This document shows positions 22,822 to 39,057 of a stretch of DNA of 64,000 bases, piece by piece (position 1 is the stretch's first letter; each line of letters opens with the position of its first letter). The position numbers and the translations under genes were made by a program. This DNA comes from the human T2T-CHM13v2.0 reference genome, Homo sapiens. The notes under the pieces were generated by a model. The model was not told the DNA's origin and did no database searches. It worked only from the letters and a program-made list of their open reading frames with translations. The stretch is taken from NCBI RefSeq assembly GCF_009914755.1, contig NC_060933.1; one strand, 5' to 3'.

Positions 22822-23111
22822 TTATGGGCTATGTGCCCATGGGCTAGTCCCCTCACCTCTCTGTGCCTCAACGTCCTCAGCCATAAAATGTGGATGCTAG
22901 TAGCATCCACCTCACAGGATTTTGGGGAAGATTAAATGAGTTAACACATAAAAAGTGCTTGGAATGGCATAGGGAACATTGCGAGCCTTCAGTCTAGGAA
23001 TGTTGTTTTCCGGTGTGATTTCCAGTAGCCTGAAGGCACCAAGAGGAGCAGGAAGGAAAGGCTATCCTGGATCTAGGCTCTGTACACTGGAGATTTTGTC
23101 AGATGTTCTAA

Positions 23112-23477
<366 letters not shown>

Positions 23478-23588
23478 TGAATAGCTGGGACTACAGGCGT
23501 GCACCACCATGCCCAGCTAATTTTTGTATTTTTAGTAGAGACAGGGTTTCACTACGTTGGTCCGGCTGGTCTCGAACTCCCGACCTCA

Positions 23589-23780
<192 letters not shown>

Positions 23781-24362
23781 CTAGAGGTAAAGCCAATTGC
23801 TCAAGCAAGAGTGGAAGTCTTATAAGCTCTCTGCTGTTGTAGACATCCATTGATGACATTTATGTTGAACAAGCATCGGATAGGGATGGGTCATATACTG
23901 ATGTTGGGGGGCAAAGTGAACAAAGCATAGTCTCTGAGGACTTTCTAGCTGAGCAGATTTAAAAGCAGCTTCCAGCAACACAGCTGGCTGGAGCATTTCG
24001 ATCTCATCAGGTGGTTTGTTAACAGAAAGGACCGACACCCATCAGCAGGTGTGAAGGAAAAATGGCTGCAGACACAGCCAGACCAATTTTATAACATAAT
24101 AAGCTGATTCTAGAGTTCTGGAAGAGAAAAAGTGTGAATGTAAGAATGCCTGAGAATCTTTTGAAAAAGAGAACAATAGGAGACTTGCCCTACCAGATAC
24201 AAAAACATATTAGAAACCTACAATAGCTGGAAAGTTTTAGTATTTATTGGTCAAGAGACAGACAAGCAGCTCACCAACCAGCTGTGAATACACGGGGAGC
24301 ACTGGACATTGCTGGGAGAAAGGATGACTTCTTTATAATTCAGGAGTAGGGACAATTTTCTA

Positions 24363-25214
<852 letters not shown>

Positions 25215-25529
25215 TTACAGGATCAAGGATGTTCATTTCAGCATTGTTTGTAATAGGGAAAAAAAAGAAACTTAAATGTCTATGAAAAGAAAATGGGTCA
25301 AATAAATTGTACTACATCCAAACTACAGAATACTCTGCAAGAATAAAAGGGAATGGGCTGGGTGCGACGGCTCACGCTTGTAATCCCCACACTTTGGGAG
25401 GCCGAGGCAGGTGGATCACGAGATCAGGAGTTTGAGACCAGCCTGACCAACATGGTGAAACTCCATCTCTACTAAAAATATGAAAATTAGCCGGGCATGG
25501 TGGCGCACACCTGTAATCCAAGCTACTCA

Positions 25530-25649
<120 letters not shown>

Positions 25650-26713
25650 CTACATTAAATCAGAACAACAAAATTGCTCTATTTATGTTTTGTAAAAAGC
25701 AATTTGAATACAGGTACATATGTAAACGTTTAGAAACCATTCTCGGAGGATAGCCAACAAACTGTTAAGAGAGTTACCTCTGGAGAAGGGAGTAAAATTG
25801 GGTGAAAACAGGATTTTCAAGATTTATTCTTCAGGCCTCCTTACTGTTTGGATGTTTAATACGAATGTATACCACTTGTGTAATGTAAACAACGTACACA
25901 ACAGAAGCAAGGCTTCTTGTCTCTAGAAACAACAAATAAGGAGCTCCCAGGCCCGTGTTAAGTGATAGAGTTAGATGAAACACACACCCTGAGCCAGGAG
26001 GGCCACACAGGCACCAGGTGAGGAGAAACAGACGAGGAACAATGGACAGCGCACAGTTACTGACCCCTGGTCGTGCTCAGCTCCAGGCAGAGATTGTGGG
26101 CATCCGCACCAGGGCAAAACAAGGGTTTTGTCTTCACTTGAACAAAAGAAATCAAGAGTTTTGAAAAGGTCAATGCGACAGCCATTAGGACTGTATCTTC
26201 CAAAGATCTGGAGGCTGTGGAAATGAGAGGCTGAGATGCACACTGCTGCTCAGTCCTGTTCCAACCCAGTGTCCACTCAGAAACCTTCCCAGGACTCTCC
26301 CACGAGGCCCTGCACTGAGGAGGGGGCAGGGGACTTCTTCCTGAGGAGGGCCCTCAGGCTTGTGTGTGTGGAGGGCAGCCTCACACTCAATTTATTCGCT
26401 CTGAGCTTGCGGGCTGAGGTAAGGCTAAGCTGCAGATAGGACTCTTTGTCACCTGGAAGGGTTGGGAAAGCCCACAGACAACACCAGCCTCCCAGACTCT
26501 CACTTCTGGAGGCATGGTCTCCGTGCTGGGATGCTTTTAGTGATCTGAACAGAGTTCTCTTTCACTTGTTAACTTTCTTAACAGGGTGGGAGGTGCAGAG
26601 GTCGATGAGGAATTTACTGCCAGGATATCTGGATTTCTGTGTAAGAGCCAGGAAGCTGGTTCTAAAGCTGTGCATGTGAATTAATAGGGACAGAAATATT
26701 CCTTTCTCTAAAG

Positions 26714-27027
26714 CAGGGGTATCCAACCCCCAGGACGTGGACTGGTTGGTACCAGTCCCTGGCCTGTTAGGATCTGTGCCGCACAGGAGGAGGTGAGTGA
26801 GAGCCAGCCAGCATTACCACCTGAGCTCTGCCTCCTGTTACATCAGTGGGGGCATCAGATTCTCATAGGAGCGCGAACTCTATTCTGAACTATGCATGTG
26901 AGGGCTCTAGGTTGCGCATTCCTTATGAGAATCTAATGCTTGATGACCTGGGGTGGAACAGTTTTATCCCAAAACCCTCAACTCCCCGCGTCCCCCACTC
27001 CCGGGCCAAAAAAGTTGGGGACCGCTG
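26714..27027. mobile_element. MER1B-like hAT-Charlie non-autonomous DNA transposon
   Basis: Terminal inverted repeats caggggtatccaacc / agttggggaccgctg; degenerate 8-bp TSD ctctaaag/cgctagag. Confidence 0.8.
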
Positions 27028-28136
27028 CGCTAGAGGATGAACAGCAGGAAACGCAGCTGCAAAGAAATCGCTTCAAAGCCATTAATTAGGGAAGGGATAA
27101 TATTGAATTTTGGGGGACAGAGACACTCCAAGGATAAATAACAAGAGTTCCAGGAATGGAATGCAACGTTTGAAGCTTTTGGTTTGCACACCTTGGTCAA
27201 AAAGAACACTGGCACCATGGCTCACACCTGTAATCCCAGTGCTTTGGGAGGCCCAGGCAGGAGAATCACTTGAGGCTAGGAGTTCAAGACCAGCCTAGGC
27301 AACATACCAAGACCCCATTTCTCTAAAAAATGTTAAATGTTACCCAGATGTGGTGGTGCACGCCTACTCAGGAGGCTGAAGTGGGAGGATTGGGAGTTCG
27401 AGGCTGTGGTGAGCTATGATCGCACTATGCACTTCAGCCTGGGTGACAGCATTAGCCATCTCTAAAAACAAAAACTAACTGGTTAGTGTGGACAAGAACA
27501 AAAGGGATTTTGCACTTTTCTAGAGGGAGGTATGTGTAGTAATTTCTCAGTGACTGAGGTGTGTCTGGAGCCAAGTAGAGTTTCCCAATCTGGCCTGGGG
27601 AAAATGCTATGAGAAGAGGAGGATTTGACAGTCCTGAAAAATACAGTTCTCCAGTGCAACCCCCTATTTTGTAGGTGAGGATGTGTTCAGCGAAGATCAT
27701 GTCCCCAGACTCGTGGCTAGGACTAGACTGGGATAGAGCTCTGTGTTGTAAAACTTGCCTCTTGCTGCCTCCTTGCTCTCAGTGTGGCATCTTGCCTCTG
27801 TGCGTAGACATGCCACCTGTCCCACATCACAGACTTCTTTCTAAATGTTTGTTATGGGCAGCCCAGATAAGAAACTCTTTGCTATAATGACAGAAAGAAA
27901 GTTGATTCATTAACACCTCTGTTTATTGTCCAAGGCTGGGCTTGCACTTGACTCAATGGGTTTTAGTATATTCACAGAGTTGGACAGCCATCACCATGAC
28001 CATTTTTACAACATCTCCATTACCCCAGAAAGATCCCTCCAGCTGGTTTTGTCAATCCCATTTTCACTGCTAGCTGTGGCCAACTACAAAACCTATCTTC
28101 TGTCTCTTTCAATTTGAGTTTTTTTTTTTTTTTTGA

Positions 28137-28292
<156 letters not shown>

Positions 28293-28640
28293 TAGCTAAT
28301 TTTGTGTTTTTAGCAGAGACAGGGGTTTTCTTCATGTTGGTCAGGCTGGTCTCAAACTCCCAACCTCAGGTGATCCACCCACCTCGGCCTCCCAAAGTGC
28401 TGGGATTATCAGGCATGAGTCACTGCGGTCGGCCTCAATTTGCTTTTTCTGGACATTGAATATATATAGAATCATACACTATGTGGTCTGGTCTATTGCA
28501 TCTGGTTTCTTTCAGTTAGAATGTTTTTGAGATTCATTCATGTTGAAACATTTTGTCCATAGTTCATTTCCTTTTTTGCTGAATTATATTCCATTGTGTG
28601 GACATACCACACTCTGTTTATTCATTCACAAGTTGATAGG

Positions 28641-28993
28641 TGGTGTGGTTTGGCTGTATCCCAACCCAAATCTCATCATGTAGTTTCTCTAATCCCCACG
28701 TGTTGTGGGAGGGACCCAGTGGGAGGTAACTGAATCATGCTGCTGTTCTCATGATAGTGAGTGAGTTCTCATGAGATCTGATGATTTCATAAGGGACTTT
28801 TTCCCTTTGCTTGGCACTTCTCCTTCCTGCCACCATGTGAAGAAGGACATGTTTGCTTCCCCTTCTACCATGATTGTAAGTTTCCTGAGGCCTGCCCAGC
28901 CATGTTGAAGTGTGAGTCAACTAAACCTGTTTTCTTTATAAGTTACCCAGTCTCAGGTATTTCTTCATAGCAGTGTGAGAACAAGCTAATACA
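28641..28993 (+). mobile_element. THE1/MSTA-type (MaLR) solo LTR
   Basis: Starts tggtgtggtttggctgt..cccaaatctcatc; contains catgattgtaagtttcctgaggcc; ends ctaataca; 5-bp TSD atagg/gtagg. Confidence 0.85.
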
Positions 28994-29118
28994 GTAGGCA
29001 TTTGGACAGATTCCAGTTTTTCACCATCATAAATAATGCTGCTGTTAGCATTTGTTTACAAGTTTTTGCATAAACATATGTTTTTGTTTCTCTTGGGAGC
29101 AGAATTGCTAGGCCATAT

Positions 29119-29472
29119 TGCCTTAGTCTGTTTGGGCTGCTATAACAAATACTGTAGACTGGGTGGCTTATAAACAAGATCTTTATTTCTCACTGTTTTG
29201 AGGGCTGGAAAGATGAAGATCAAGGTGCCAGCAGGTTTGGTGTCTGATGAGGTCTTGCTTTCTCATAGATTATGCCTTGTTGCTCTGTCCTCACATAGTG
29301 GAAGAGGCCATTGGATTTCCTTGGGCTTTTTAGGGACATTAATTCCATTCATGAGGGCTCCACCCTTGTGATCTAATCACTTCCCAAAGGCCTTGACCTT
29401 TACTAGTATTATATTGGGGAATAGGTTTCAACATAGAAATTTCAGGGGAACACAAACATTTAGACTATAGCA
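29119..29472 (-). mobile_element. MLT1A-like (MaLR) LTR
   Basis: ttagtctgtttgggctgctataacaaatactgtagactgggtggcttataaacaa ... acacaaacatttagactatagca. Confidence 0.8.
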
Positions 29473-30121
29473 CATGACACATTTGTAAACTTTTTAAAGA
29501 AACTGCCACATTGTTTTCCAAAGTGATAACACCATTTTACATTTCTACCAGCCATATATCAAGTTTCTCTTTTTCCATATCTTGGCAATACTTGGTATTT
29601 TCTTTTCGACTATTCTAGTGGGTGTGTAATGATGTTGCTTCGTAGTTTTAACTTCCATTTTTTTGATGCCTAATAGTGTTAATAACTCTTTCATGTGCTT
29701 ATTATCATTTCTATGGCTCTCATGTTGAAATACCAACTCTTTCACCCATTTGTAAATTGGGTTTTAAAATTTCTTATGACTGAGTAGTAAGTGTTCTTTA
29801 TATATAGTTGGATACACATCCTTTATAAGTATATAATTTGCAAATATTTTCTCACAGTCTGTGGCTTGTTTTCATTTCCTTCATGGGGGTTTTGGAAGAT
29901 CAAAAGTTTTTAATTTTAATGAAATCCAGTATATCAATTTTTTTCTTTTCTATCTCATGCTTTTGGTATTTCATATGTAAGCACTTTTTGCTTAACTCAA
30001 GATTTAAAAGATTTTCTCCTAGAAGTTTTGTAGTTTTAGTTCTTACATTGATGTCTATGGACAATTTGAATTAATTTAGATATACAAAGTAGGTCTAAGT
30101 TTTTTGTTTTCAAATAGATTC

Positions 30122-30591
30122 TGTTATTAGTTTCCGATGGCCTCTGTAACAAATTAGTGCCAACTGGTGGCTTACAACACTAAGACTTGATTTTCTCACT
30201 GTTTTGGAGGCCAGAGTCTGAAATCAAGGCATCAGAAAGAGATGCCCCCTTGAGGGCTCCAGGGAAGAATGGGTGCCTTGCCTCCTCTACCTTCTGGTGG
30301 CTGTTGGCATTCCTTGGCTTGAAGTTGGTATCTCCTATTTCTGCCTGTTTTCACACTGCCTTCTCCTCTCTGGGTGACCCCATCTATGTCTGTGTCACCT
30401 CTTTCTGCCTGTATCTTACAAGGACTCTTTGATGGTATTTAGGGCCTACCAATGTAATTCAGGGTAAGCTCATATCAAAATCCTTAACCATCACACCTAC
30501 ACAGATTCCCTTTTTTCCAGAGAAGGTAACATTTACAAGATCTGGGGATTAGGACTTGATTCTTCAGGTGGCCATCATTTAACCTACTACA
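30122..30591 (-). mobile_element. MLT1 (MaLR) LTR
   Basis: tattagtttcc...ctgtaacaaatta...ggaggccagagtctgaaatcaagg...aaggtaacatttaca...aacctactaca. Confidence 0.75.
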
Positions 30592-30970
30592 ATATCAAAT
30601 TCTCCCAGTGACGTCTGTTAAGAAGACTATCATTTCCTTATTGAATTGTCTTGGCACTTTGTTGAAAGTCAACTGGCCCTAAATATAAGGGTTTATTGAT
30701 TTCCAGACGCTCGATTCTGTTCCATGGATGTATCCTTGTATTAGTAAAACACACTGTCTTGCTATTGCAGTATTATGGTAAGTTCTGAAATCAGATAACG
30801 TAAATTCTCCAACTTTGTTCTTTTTAAAAATTGCCATTGACTACTGTAGGGCCTTGTATTATATTTTCACATACATTTTAGGTCCAGCTTATCAATTTCT
30901 GTGCAAAAATTTGCTGGCATCTTGATGGGAACTGAATTGAAACTATAAATTACTTTGGGATATGTTCTAG

Positions 30971-31454
<484 letters not shown>

Positions 31455-32638
31455 TAGAGGCGTGCACCATCACACCTGGCTAATTTTTGTACTTTTAGTA
31501 GAGACGGGGTTTCATCATGTTGGCTTGGATGGTCTTGATCTCCTCACCTCATGATCTGCCCGCCTCGGCCTCCCAAAATGATGGGATTACAGGTGTAAGC
31601 CACCATGCCTGGCCTGCCAATCTTAATTCTTATAGCAATGTTTTGTAGTTTTCAGTGTATAAGCCTTATATATTTTTGTTAAATTAATTATTATTTTATT
31701 CTCTTTGACATTATACATAGAATTGTTTTTTAAACTGGATGCTTTCCAATCTGGATGCTTTTAATTTTCTTTTTTAGCTTTATTATATAGGCTAGATTCT
31801 TGAACACCGTTTTGAAAAGGAGTTAAAGATATTTGTGTCTATGTTCAGGAGGGAAATTCATATGCAGTTTTCTTGTAATTTGTCTGGCTTTGGAATCAAC
31901 ATAATAATAATCTCATACAATGAATTGTGAGATGTTGCCACCTTCTCAATTTTTCTGAAAGAAATTTGTGAGTGATTAGTACTACTTTTTCTTTAAATAT
32001 TTGACAGAATTCCCTAGTGTCTACCTGTACATGGATATTTTTGTGAAAATATTTTAAATTATTAATTCAATTTCTTTAGTTGTGATAGTCTATTAGATTT
32101 TCTATTTATTTATTTATTTTGAGACAGGGTTTCAATCCTGTTGCCCAGGCTGGAGTGCAGTGGCGCCATCTCAGCTCACTACAAGCTCTGCCCCTCAGGC
32201 TCAAAAGTGATTCTCTCTGGAGTTGCTGGGACTACAGGCGCATGCCATGGAGCCCGGCTAATTTTTGTCTTTTTAGTAGAGACAGGGTTTCACCATGTTG
32301 GCCAGGCTGTCTTGAACTCCTGACCTCAAGTGATCCACCCACCTCAGCCTCCCAAAGTGCTGAGATTACAGGCGTGAGCCACCACCCTGGCAGATTTTCT
32401 TTTTATTCCAGAGTTTGATAATTTGCGTCTTTCTTGGAATACATTCGTGTCATTTAAGTTGTCTAGTTTCTGTGGGATTGGTAGTGATGTTACCTCTTCA
32501 GGTCCTAATTTTGGCAATTTATGTCTTCTCTGTTATTTTCTTGGTTAGTCCAGTTAAAGGTTTGTCAGTTTTGTTGATGTCTTTTAAAGAAAGTCTTTTG
32601 ATTTCATTAATTTTCTTTATTTAAAAAAAGTCCTCTCT

Positions 32639-33432
32639 TTCTGCCCTCCCTCTCCCACATGCTGGTCTGCAGAGCCCTCCTCCCAAGGGGTAGGGCCCTG
32701 GGTGGAGCTCAGCAGAGTCAGCCCACTACCCACGCTGGCCCATACAGGCCTCCAGGAGCCCTGAGAGGGACCAAGACCCCTAGAGTGTGGTGGGTGCCGG
32801 CCCTGCCTGAGGACCAGTCGGGGATCTTTATGCAGATCTACCTCTGGTTCAGCGCACGCCCCCTGCCCTGAGAACAGGAAAGGGCCCGGAAGGACTGGCT
32901 CACACGGAAATAGGATGCACTTTATTTACTGGTGCAAAGGCAAGTGAGGGTGCCTCCTGTGTGACTGTTGGCCTTCCTGCCTGGTGGCGCTGAAGGGAAG
33001 GAGCCAGTGAGCCTGACCCCAGGAAGGGCCGTCCCCGTGTGCCCTGCTTGGCGGGCCCCAGGCGGCTCCCCCAGGCCCGGGTCAGGGGCCCCAGGCTCTC
33101 CCCTGCCTCGCGGCCGCGCGTCCTGTGCTTTGGGTTTCTTGGTTTGGGTTTTTTTAATGCTAGTTCTCAGTACATAAGCGCATTTTGAAAGAGGTTCCAG
33201 CCATCACTTGTAACCATGTATATATACATATATAGTCTATCTACAAAGTGTTTATTTGCAAGATGTTTCGACGGTGAACTCGGGCCCCGCCCGCCTTGTG
33301 ACCATCTGTCCCCGGTCCTCGTCCCCGCCCCGTACCCTGGTCCCGAGTAGCCTGGGGACGAGCCATCACTGTATGTATTAAAATGACTGTATCAAATAAA
33401 TGTTTATTGATATTTTTCCAAAAAAAAAAAAA
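32639..33432 (+). pseudogene. 5'-truncated retrocopy of an unidentified mRNA 3' UTR
   Basis: Abrupt GC/CpG-rich island inside AT-rich L1 sequence. AATAAA at 33395-33400, poly(A) from 33420, TSD aaaa(g/a)tcctctct at 32623-32638 and 33425-33440, TT/AAAA endonuclease site. Confidence 0.85.
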
Positions 33433-33504
33433 TCCTCTCTAGGCCAGGCACGGTGGCTCACCCCTGTAATCCCAGCACTTTGGGAGGCTGAGGCAGGAGG
33501 ATCA

Positions 33505-33792
<288 letters not shown>

Positions 33793-33919
33793 TTACTTTA
33801 AGGCAGAAGCTTAGGTTATTACTGGGATGTTCCTTTTCTGATACAGGAATTTAAAACCTGTATAAATTTCCTCTTAACCACTGCTTTAGCTGCCTCACAT
33901 AAACTTTGATTTGTTGGCC

Positions 33920-34395
33920 TGTGATGGCAGCACGAGAGCAGAATATGAGCTGTGGCTGCTACAGGAGTCATGGCAGGACCAGCATTTGGAAAGTTTCTTC
34001 CACTCTTTGGAAGAAAGTATTGGTTGAAAGGCAAATATTGGTTGAAAGGAGTGCAGCAGAAACTGTAACCAAAGGAGACATTAGGCTTCCAGAAAAATCT
34101 AAAGGAAAAGTATTGCAAGCAATAGTAGTGGCTGCTGGATGAGGCTATAAGGGAAAAGGTGGAGAGATTCAACCAGTTAGCATGAAAGTCAAAAATAAAT
34201 TTCCTCCAGAATATGGAGACACCAAAATAGTTCTAGATGACAAGGATTGTATCTTATTAAGAGATGGCAGACATTCTTGAAAAGTATGTAGACTGAAACA
34301 AATCACTATTGAAATGGCATCAACATGAAGCTGCCCACTGAAATTCTGTAATCTTTCATCATGCAAATAATGTTTTTTATAATAAAACTAGTAAC
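33920..34395 (+). pseudogene. HSPE1P: Processed pseudogene of HSPE1 (HSP10 chaperonin)
   Basis: ATG 33970 MAGPAFGKFLPLF, then frameshifted LVERSAAETVTKGDIRLPEKSKGKVLQAIVVA with in-frame TGA at 34140-34142. Continues GKGGEIQPVS...PEYGDTKIVLDDKD...KYVD-TGA (34294-34296). AATAAA at 34381-34386; intronless. Confidence 0.93.
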
Positions 34396-34693
34396 TACAT
34401 TTTTTTGATATATTGCATTTAATTCATTCAGTTCGTAACATTTAAAAACCTCCTTTGTGTATTTCTTTGATCTGTGGGTTATTTAGGAGCATACCAGTTA
34501 ATTTGAGTGTTTTCCAGTTGCCTTTCTACTGTGGATGTCTGATTTAATCATATTGTGGACAGATAATATACTTTTTATGACTTCAATCTTTTTAGATTTA
34601 CTGAGACTTGTTTTATGGCTCAGCATGTGGTCTATCCTGGAGAATATTTCATGTACACTTGAAAAGACTATGTATTTTGGAATCTCTGGGTGA

Positions 34694-34882
<189 letters not shown>

Positions 34883-37519
34883 TAGCAGAGTTTGTGTTTT
34901 GCTTTGTGAACCAATTTGAAAATTTTTTCTTGGAGTAGAAATAAAGTGCATGGGCCAGGTGCAGTGGCTCATGCATGTAATCCTAGCATTTTGGGAGACC
35001 GAGGTGGGCACACTGTTTGAGCCCAGCAGTTTGAGATCAGCCTGGGCAACAGAGTAAAACTCTGTCCCTACAAAAATATTTAAAAAATTAGCCAGGCATT
35101 GTGGCCCACACCTGTAGTCCGAGCTACTCAGGAGGCTGAGGCAGGAGGACAGCTTGAGCCCAGGAAGTTGAGGCTGCAATGAGCTGTGATTGCACCACTG
35201 CACTCCAGCCTAGGAAACAGAGTGAGACCCTGTGTCAAAAAAAAAAAAAAAAAAAAAGTAAGTGGATGCCCATTCACTGTATGATTAATATGCTTAGTCT
35301 CACCTCATGCTATTTTGTTGTATTTTTAAAAATTTTTTATAGATTCAGGGGGTACAGTGCAGTTTTGATACTTGGGTGTATTTTCTGTGTGTATTGCATT
35401 ATATTTATTATTTTTCCCCTGTATAGGGTCTAATTTTGCTTTTTTTTGAATTTAGGAAGTTTTATGTTTTTATTCTACTAGTTATCTTTATAATACAACT
35501 TCCTATAATGTACCTAATCCCGTTTTTGTACTTCTAGCATTCCATTTGTCTAAATATTTTTCTACTGTACCCCACCTATTTACATAATACACTATAAGTA
35601 AATTATTTTTTTTCAACTTTTAGATTTAGGGGTACATATGCAGGTTTCTTACCTGGGTATACTGCATGATGCTGAGGTTTGGGGTACAAATGATCTCATC
35701 ATCAAGGTGTTGAGCATAGTACCCAATGGTTTTTCAACCCTTGCCCTGCCTCCTTCCTTTCCCACAGTCAGTATGTATTGTTCCCATCTTCACGTCCATG
35801 AGTATGCGGTGGTTAGCTCCTAAGTGAGAACATGCTTTATTTGGTTTTGAGTTAATTCGCAAGGTATAATTTACACACATTAAAGTATTTTACTTTTTAA
35901 AAACTCCAATCTCATGACAGATTATTATTCTGCTTTTTTTCTTTGAGACACGGTCTCACTCTGTTGCCCAGGCTGGAGTGCAGTGCTGGAATCACAGCTC
36001 ATGACTGCCTTGACCTCCTAGGCTCACATCATCCTCCTGCCTCAGCCTCTCAAGTATCTAGGACTACGGGTGCACACCACCATGTCTGGCTTTTATTTTT
36101 GTAGACATCAGGTCTCGCTATGTTCCCCAAGCTGGTTTCAAACTCCTGATCTCAAGCAGTCCTCCTGCCTTGGCCTTCCAAAATGCTGGGATTACAGGTG
36201 TGAACCACCATGCCCGGCCTTGCATTTCTTAATCAGATGCTTTCCCCTAGTGGTTCCCTCAGGAAGGGCTCAAAAAGAAGTATTAAATTCTAATTTTAAA
36301 TTGTTTTTCTATAACTTTGTTACTTGAAAGACTGCTTTGTGGAAATAAAATCCTTGAATCACATTTCCTTCTTCCTTCAAATCTCTAGAAAATGTTGCTG
36401 TCGAGATGAGTTATTTTATCTGTGTTCCATCATCCTTAAGCTTCCTACTCCTCTTCACCAGGAAATAAGTAAGGAAATGAAGTTTAAGCATCCTCCATAG
36501 CTTAACCCATACTGTTAGGTGTACGTTATGAATGTTTTTATTTGATGTCATCATAGGGACAGTGTTTTGGAAAGATGCATGGAGATATTCAGATTTACAT
36601 GTTGGACATCTCTATCTTCTGGGACTAAGGTTTTATGCCCACAAGGAAAGATGGCATGAGGCCCACACATCAGATGATTATTATTTCATAGACTTAAAGA
36701 TACATCTTCTCTACCCACATTGTAATATCTCTAATATTGGAAGACATCTTACAGCATAATACAGATAGAATTATTTTCTTCTAGTGGTACATAAAAAAAG
36801 TACACATGGTACAATTAGTGAAGTACTGAATTTGATGAAATAACTGGTGTATTTTCTGTCCCAACTTGCCCCAAAGCCCTACTTTTCCTGAAGTTAGAAT
36901 TTAGTCACAGACAATAAAAAGGTGGTGTGGTTCTCTTCTTCCCTGCGGACAGTCCTGCTGAGTGGAAATGGGCTCCCAATGGTCTCTACACTGCTCACCC
37001 CAAGCCACTGCCTTTTAAAACACAGATCATTGGTAGAGCACTCTGGAAACTTCTCACTCTGTAAAAGAGGAATTTGTAACTTGGTCCAGATTTGAGATGA
37101 CTGTACTTTCTCAGCATTTTGCTTCAGTTTGATCCAAATTTTACTGTTTCTAGTAGACATTTCATCGTGGTGTATATTACTGGATTGTGGTCACTCTATA
37201 ATTTTAACACAAAAATTTTACTTTTGGTTCCTTTCGTTTACAATGTTGGTTTTAAGGACTGAAATAATGTGCCTGATCCGCCATCTTTCCCAGAAACTCC
37301 TGATCATATTTTCAAAAAGTTTATTACAAACATTATTTTGATGTTGCTATTTTCACTTAGAAAGTATTCTAAAAGAAGCTGAACAGTTATTTATGAAAAT
37401 AATGGCCATGATATTTTTGTAGTCCTATGAGGTCAGCAAGAACCTAGGAAACTTCAGATACTATATATTCTTTGGTTGGATGTGAAAAAAGGAACTAAGA
37501 AATTTAATTGTTATTTTCT

Positions 37520-37638
37520 AAAATAAGACCAAACAACAAAGAATACTACCCCAGTGCAAAAAAGTTAAAATTAAGAGACTATTCTGTTGGATATATTACA
37601 TATGCAAATAGACTAATAATCAGGAATATAGGTTTATT
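37520..37638 (-). terminator. Distal polyadenylation signal of SPTLC1 with downstream U/GU-rich element
   Basis: AATAAA (plus-strand tttatt 37633-37638). Upstream TGTA near 37726; downstream minus-strand TCTTTGTTGTTTGGTCTT. Confidence 0.75.
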
Positions 37639-38937
37639 TCATTAAAAAATAAAACAAAACAAACCAGACTCATCCCCCAAAGAGTACTTTATCCTTTAAA
37701 GCAGCAGCAATCACAAGGCACATATGTACAAAATACCTCAAGCAAAATAGAAACTGAACATTCAAAAAGTATGTGTTGTTTAAAAAGATGTTGAAGACCA
37801 TTTGAGTAATAAGCACAGGTTATAAAAATCACAATTTTATTCTTCTACCTTTAACAAGAGAAGGAATGATGGCATAATATTTATATGCTATATTGTGGCA
37901 CGTATAACAAACCTTTACACCACATAACCTGGTTTGCTAAAGAAAAAACAGGTAAAGTACTGCTTAAAAATGGTATTTTTAGTGCTTTCACATCTTTTGT
38001 AGATATCTGGAATTTGTAAGATGAAAAGAAAAATTCTCTTTTTCCTTGGCTTAGTAAAAGCCTGTAGTTACACGTCCCTAGGCAAACCCACCATACAAAA
38101 AAGGAATACATTTGAGATATTCTAAAATATAAAGGATATGATTTATATTATGGGATCAACATAATAACCAACTCTCTTCCTAAAACAGATTAGAGGTGAA
38201 CACATAAGAAATGTAAAGAAAGGTTAATTACATTAAAATAAAATAGCTTCTGATTTAAATTATTGCTCACTTAGGAAGTATAATGAATATTCTCTGGCTA
38301 AGGATGCTCAGATTAGAAATGGTGTGACATCAATATTTAGTGTGTACAAAAGTTCTAAGATTCAAATACAATGCAAAGTTTATAATAATCACACAAAAAG
38401 TGTTCCTTTTAGCCACCATTTAGCTTCACACAACGAAGACTGGAAAATACGTGGTTTATTTAGATCTTCAATATAAATTTGTACCACATATGTTGAAGTG
38501 TTCCTCTTAGCTTTAATGTTGCAGTCATTTTTCTATGAAATACTAAGGAGTTAAGGAGTGCTTACTGAACCATTACTATTAGAGGGAGGGAAGAGACACT
38601 GAAGCTCCAGTTTTAAACGACAACAAAAGAATATAAAATACTAGTATAAGAAAACATTTAAATAGTACTAAATGCACAATTTAAACATCAGTTATACACT
38701 GTCATTAGTTTTCCTCTTAAAAAAATCAGTTCCTGGGCTTTTAGATGTGTTTTCTTTTTAAAAAAAATAAGCATCCTTCTCATGGTCACACAATTGGTCC
38801 ATACTGACACCATTTGGTAACAATCCTATCAAAGATCCACATGTTCTTGCTCTCTTTCAGGCCACTCCATGGCCAGCGGGAGTCTTGAGTCCTCTCTGCG
38901 TGTTGTGTGGCAGGAGGCCATGGTCCCGGGACTCTGC
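37615..38937 (-). other. SPTLC1: SPTLC1 3' UTR (about 1.3 kb; 3' end approximate)
   Basis: Repeat-free AT-rich sequence after the stop. Minus-strand AATAAA at 38455-38460, 37836-37841 and 37633-37638. Confidence 0.85.
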
Positions 38938-39057
<120 letters not shown>

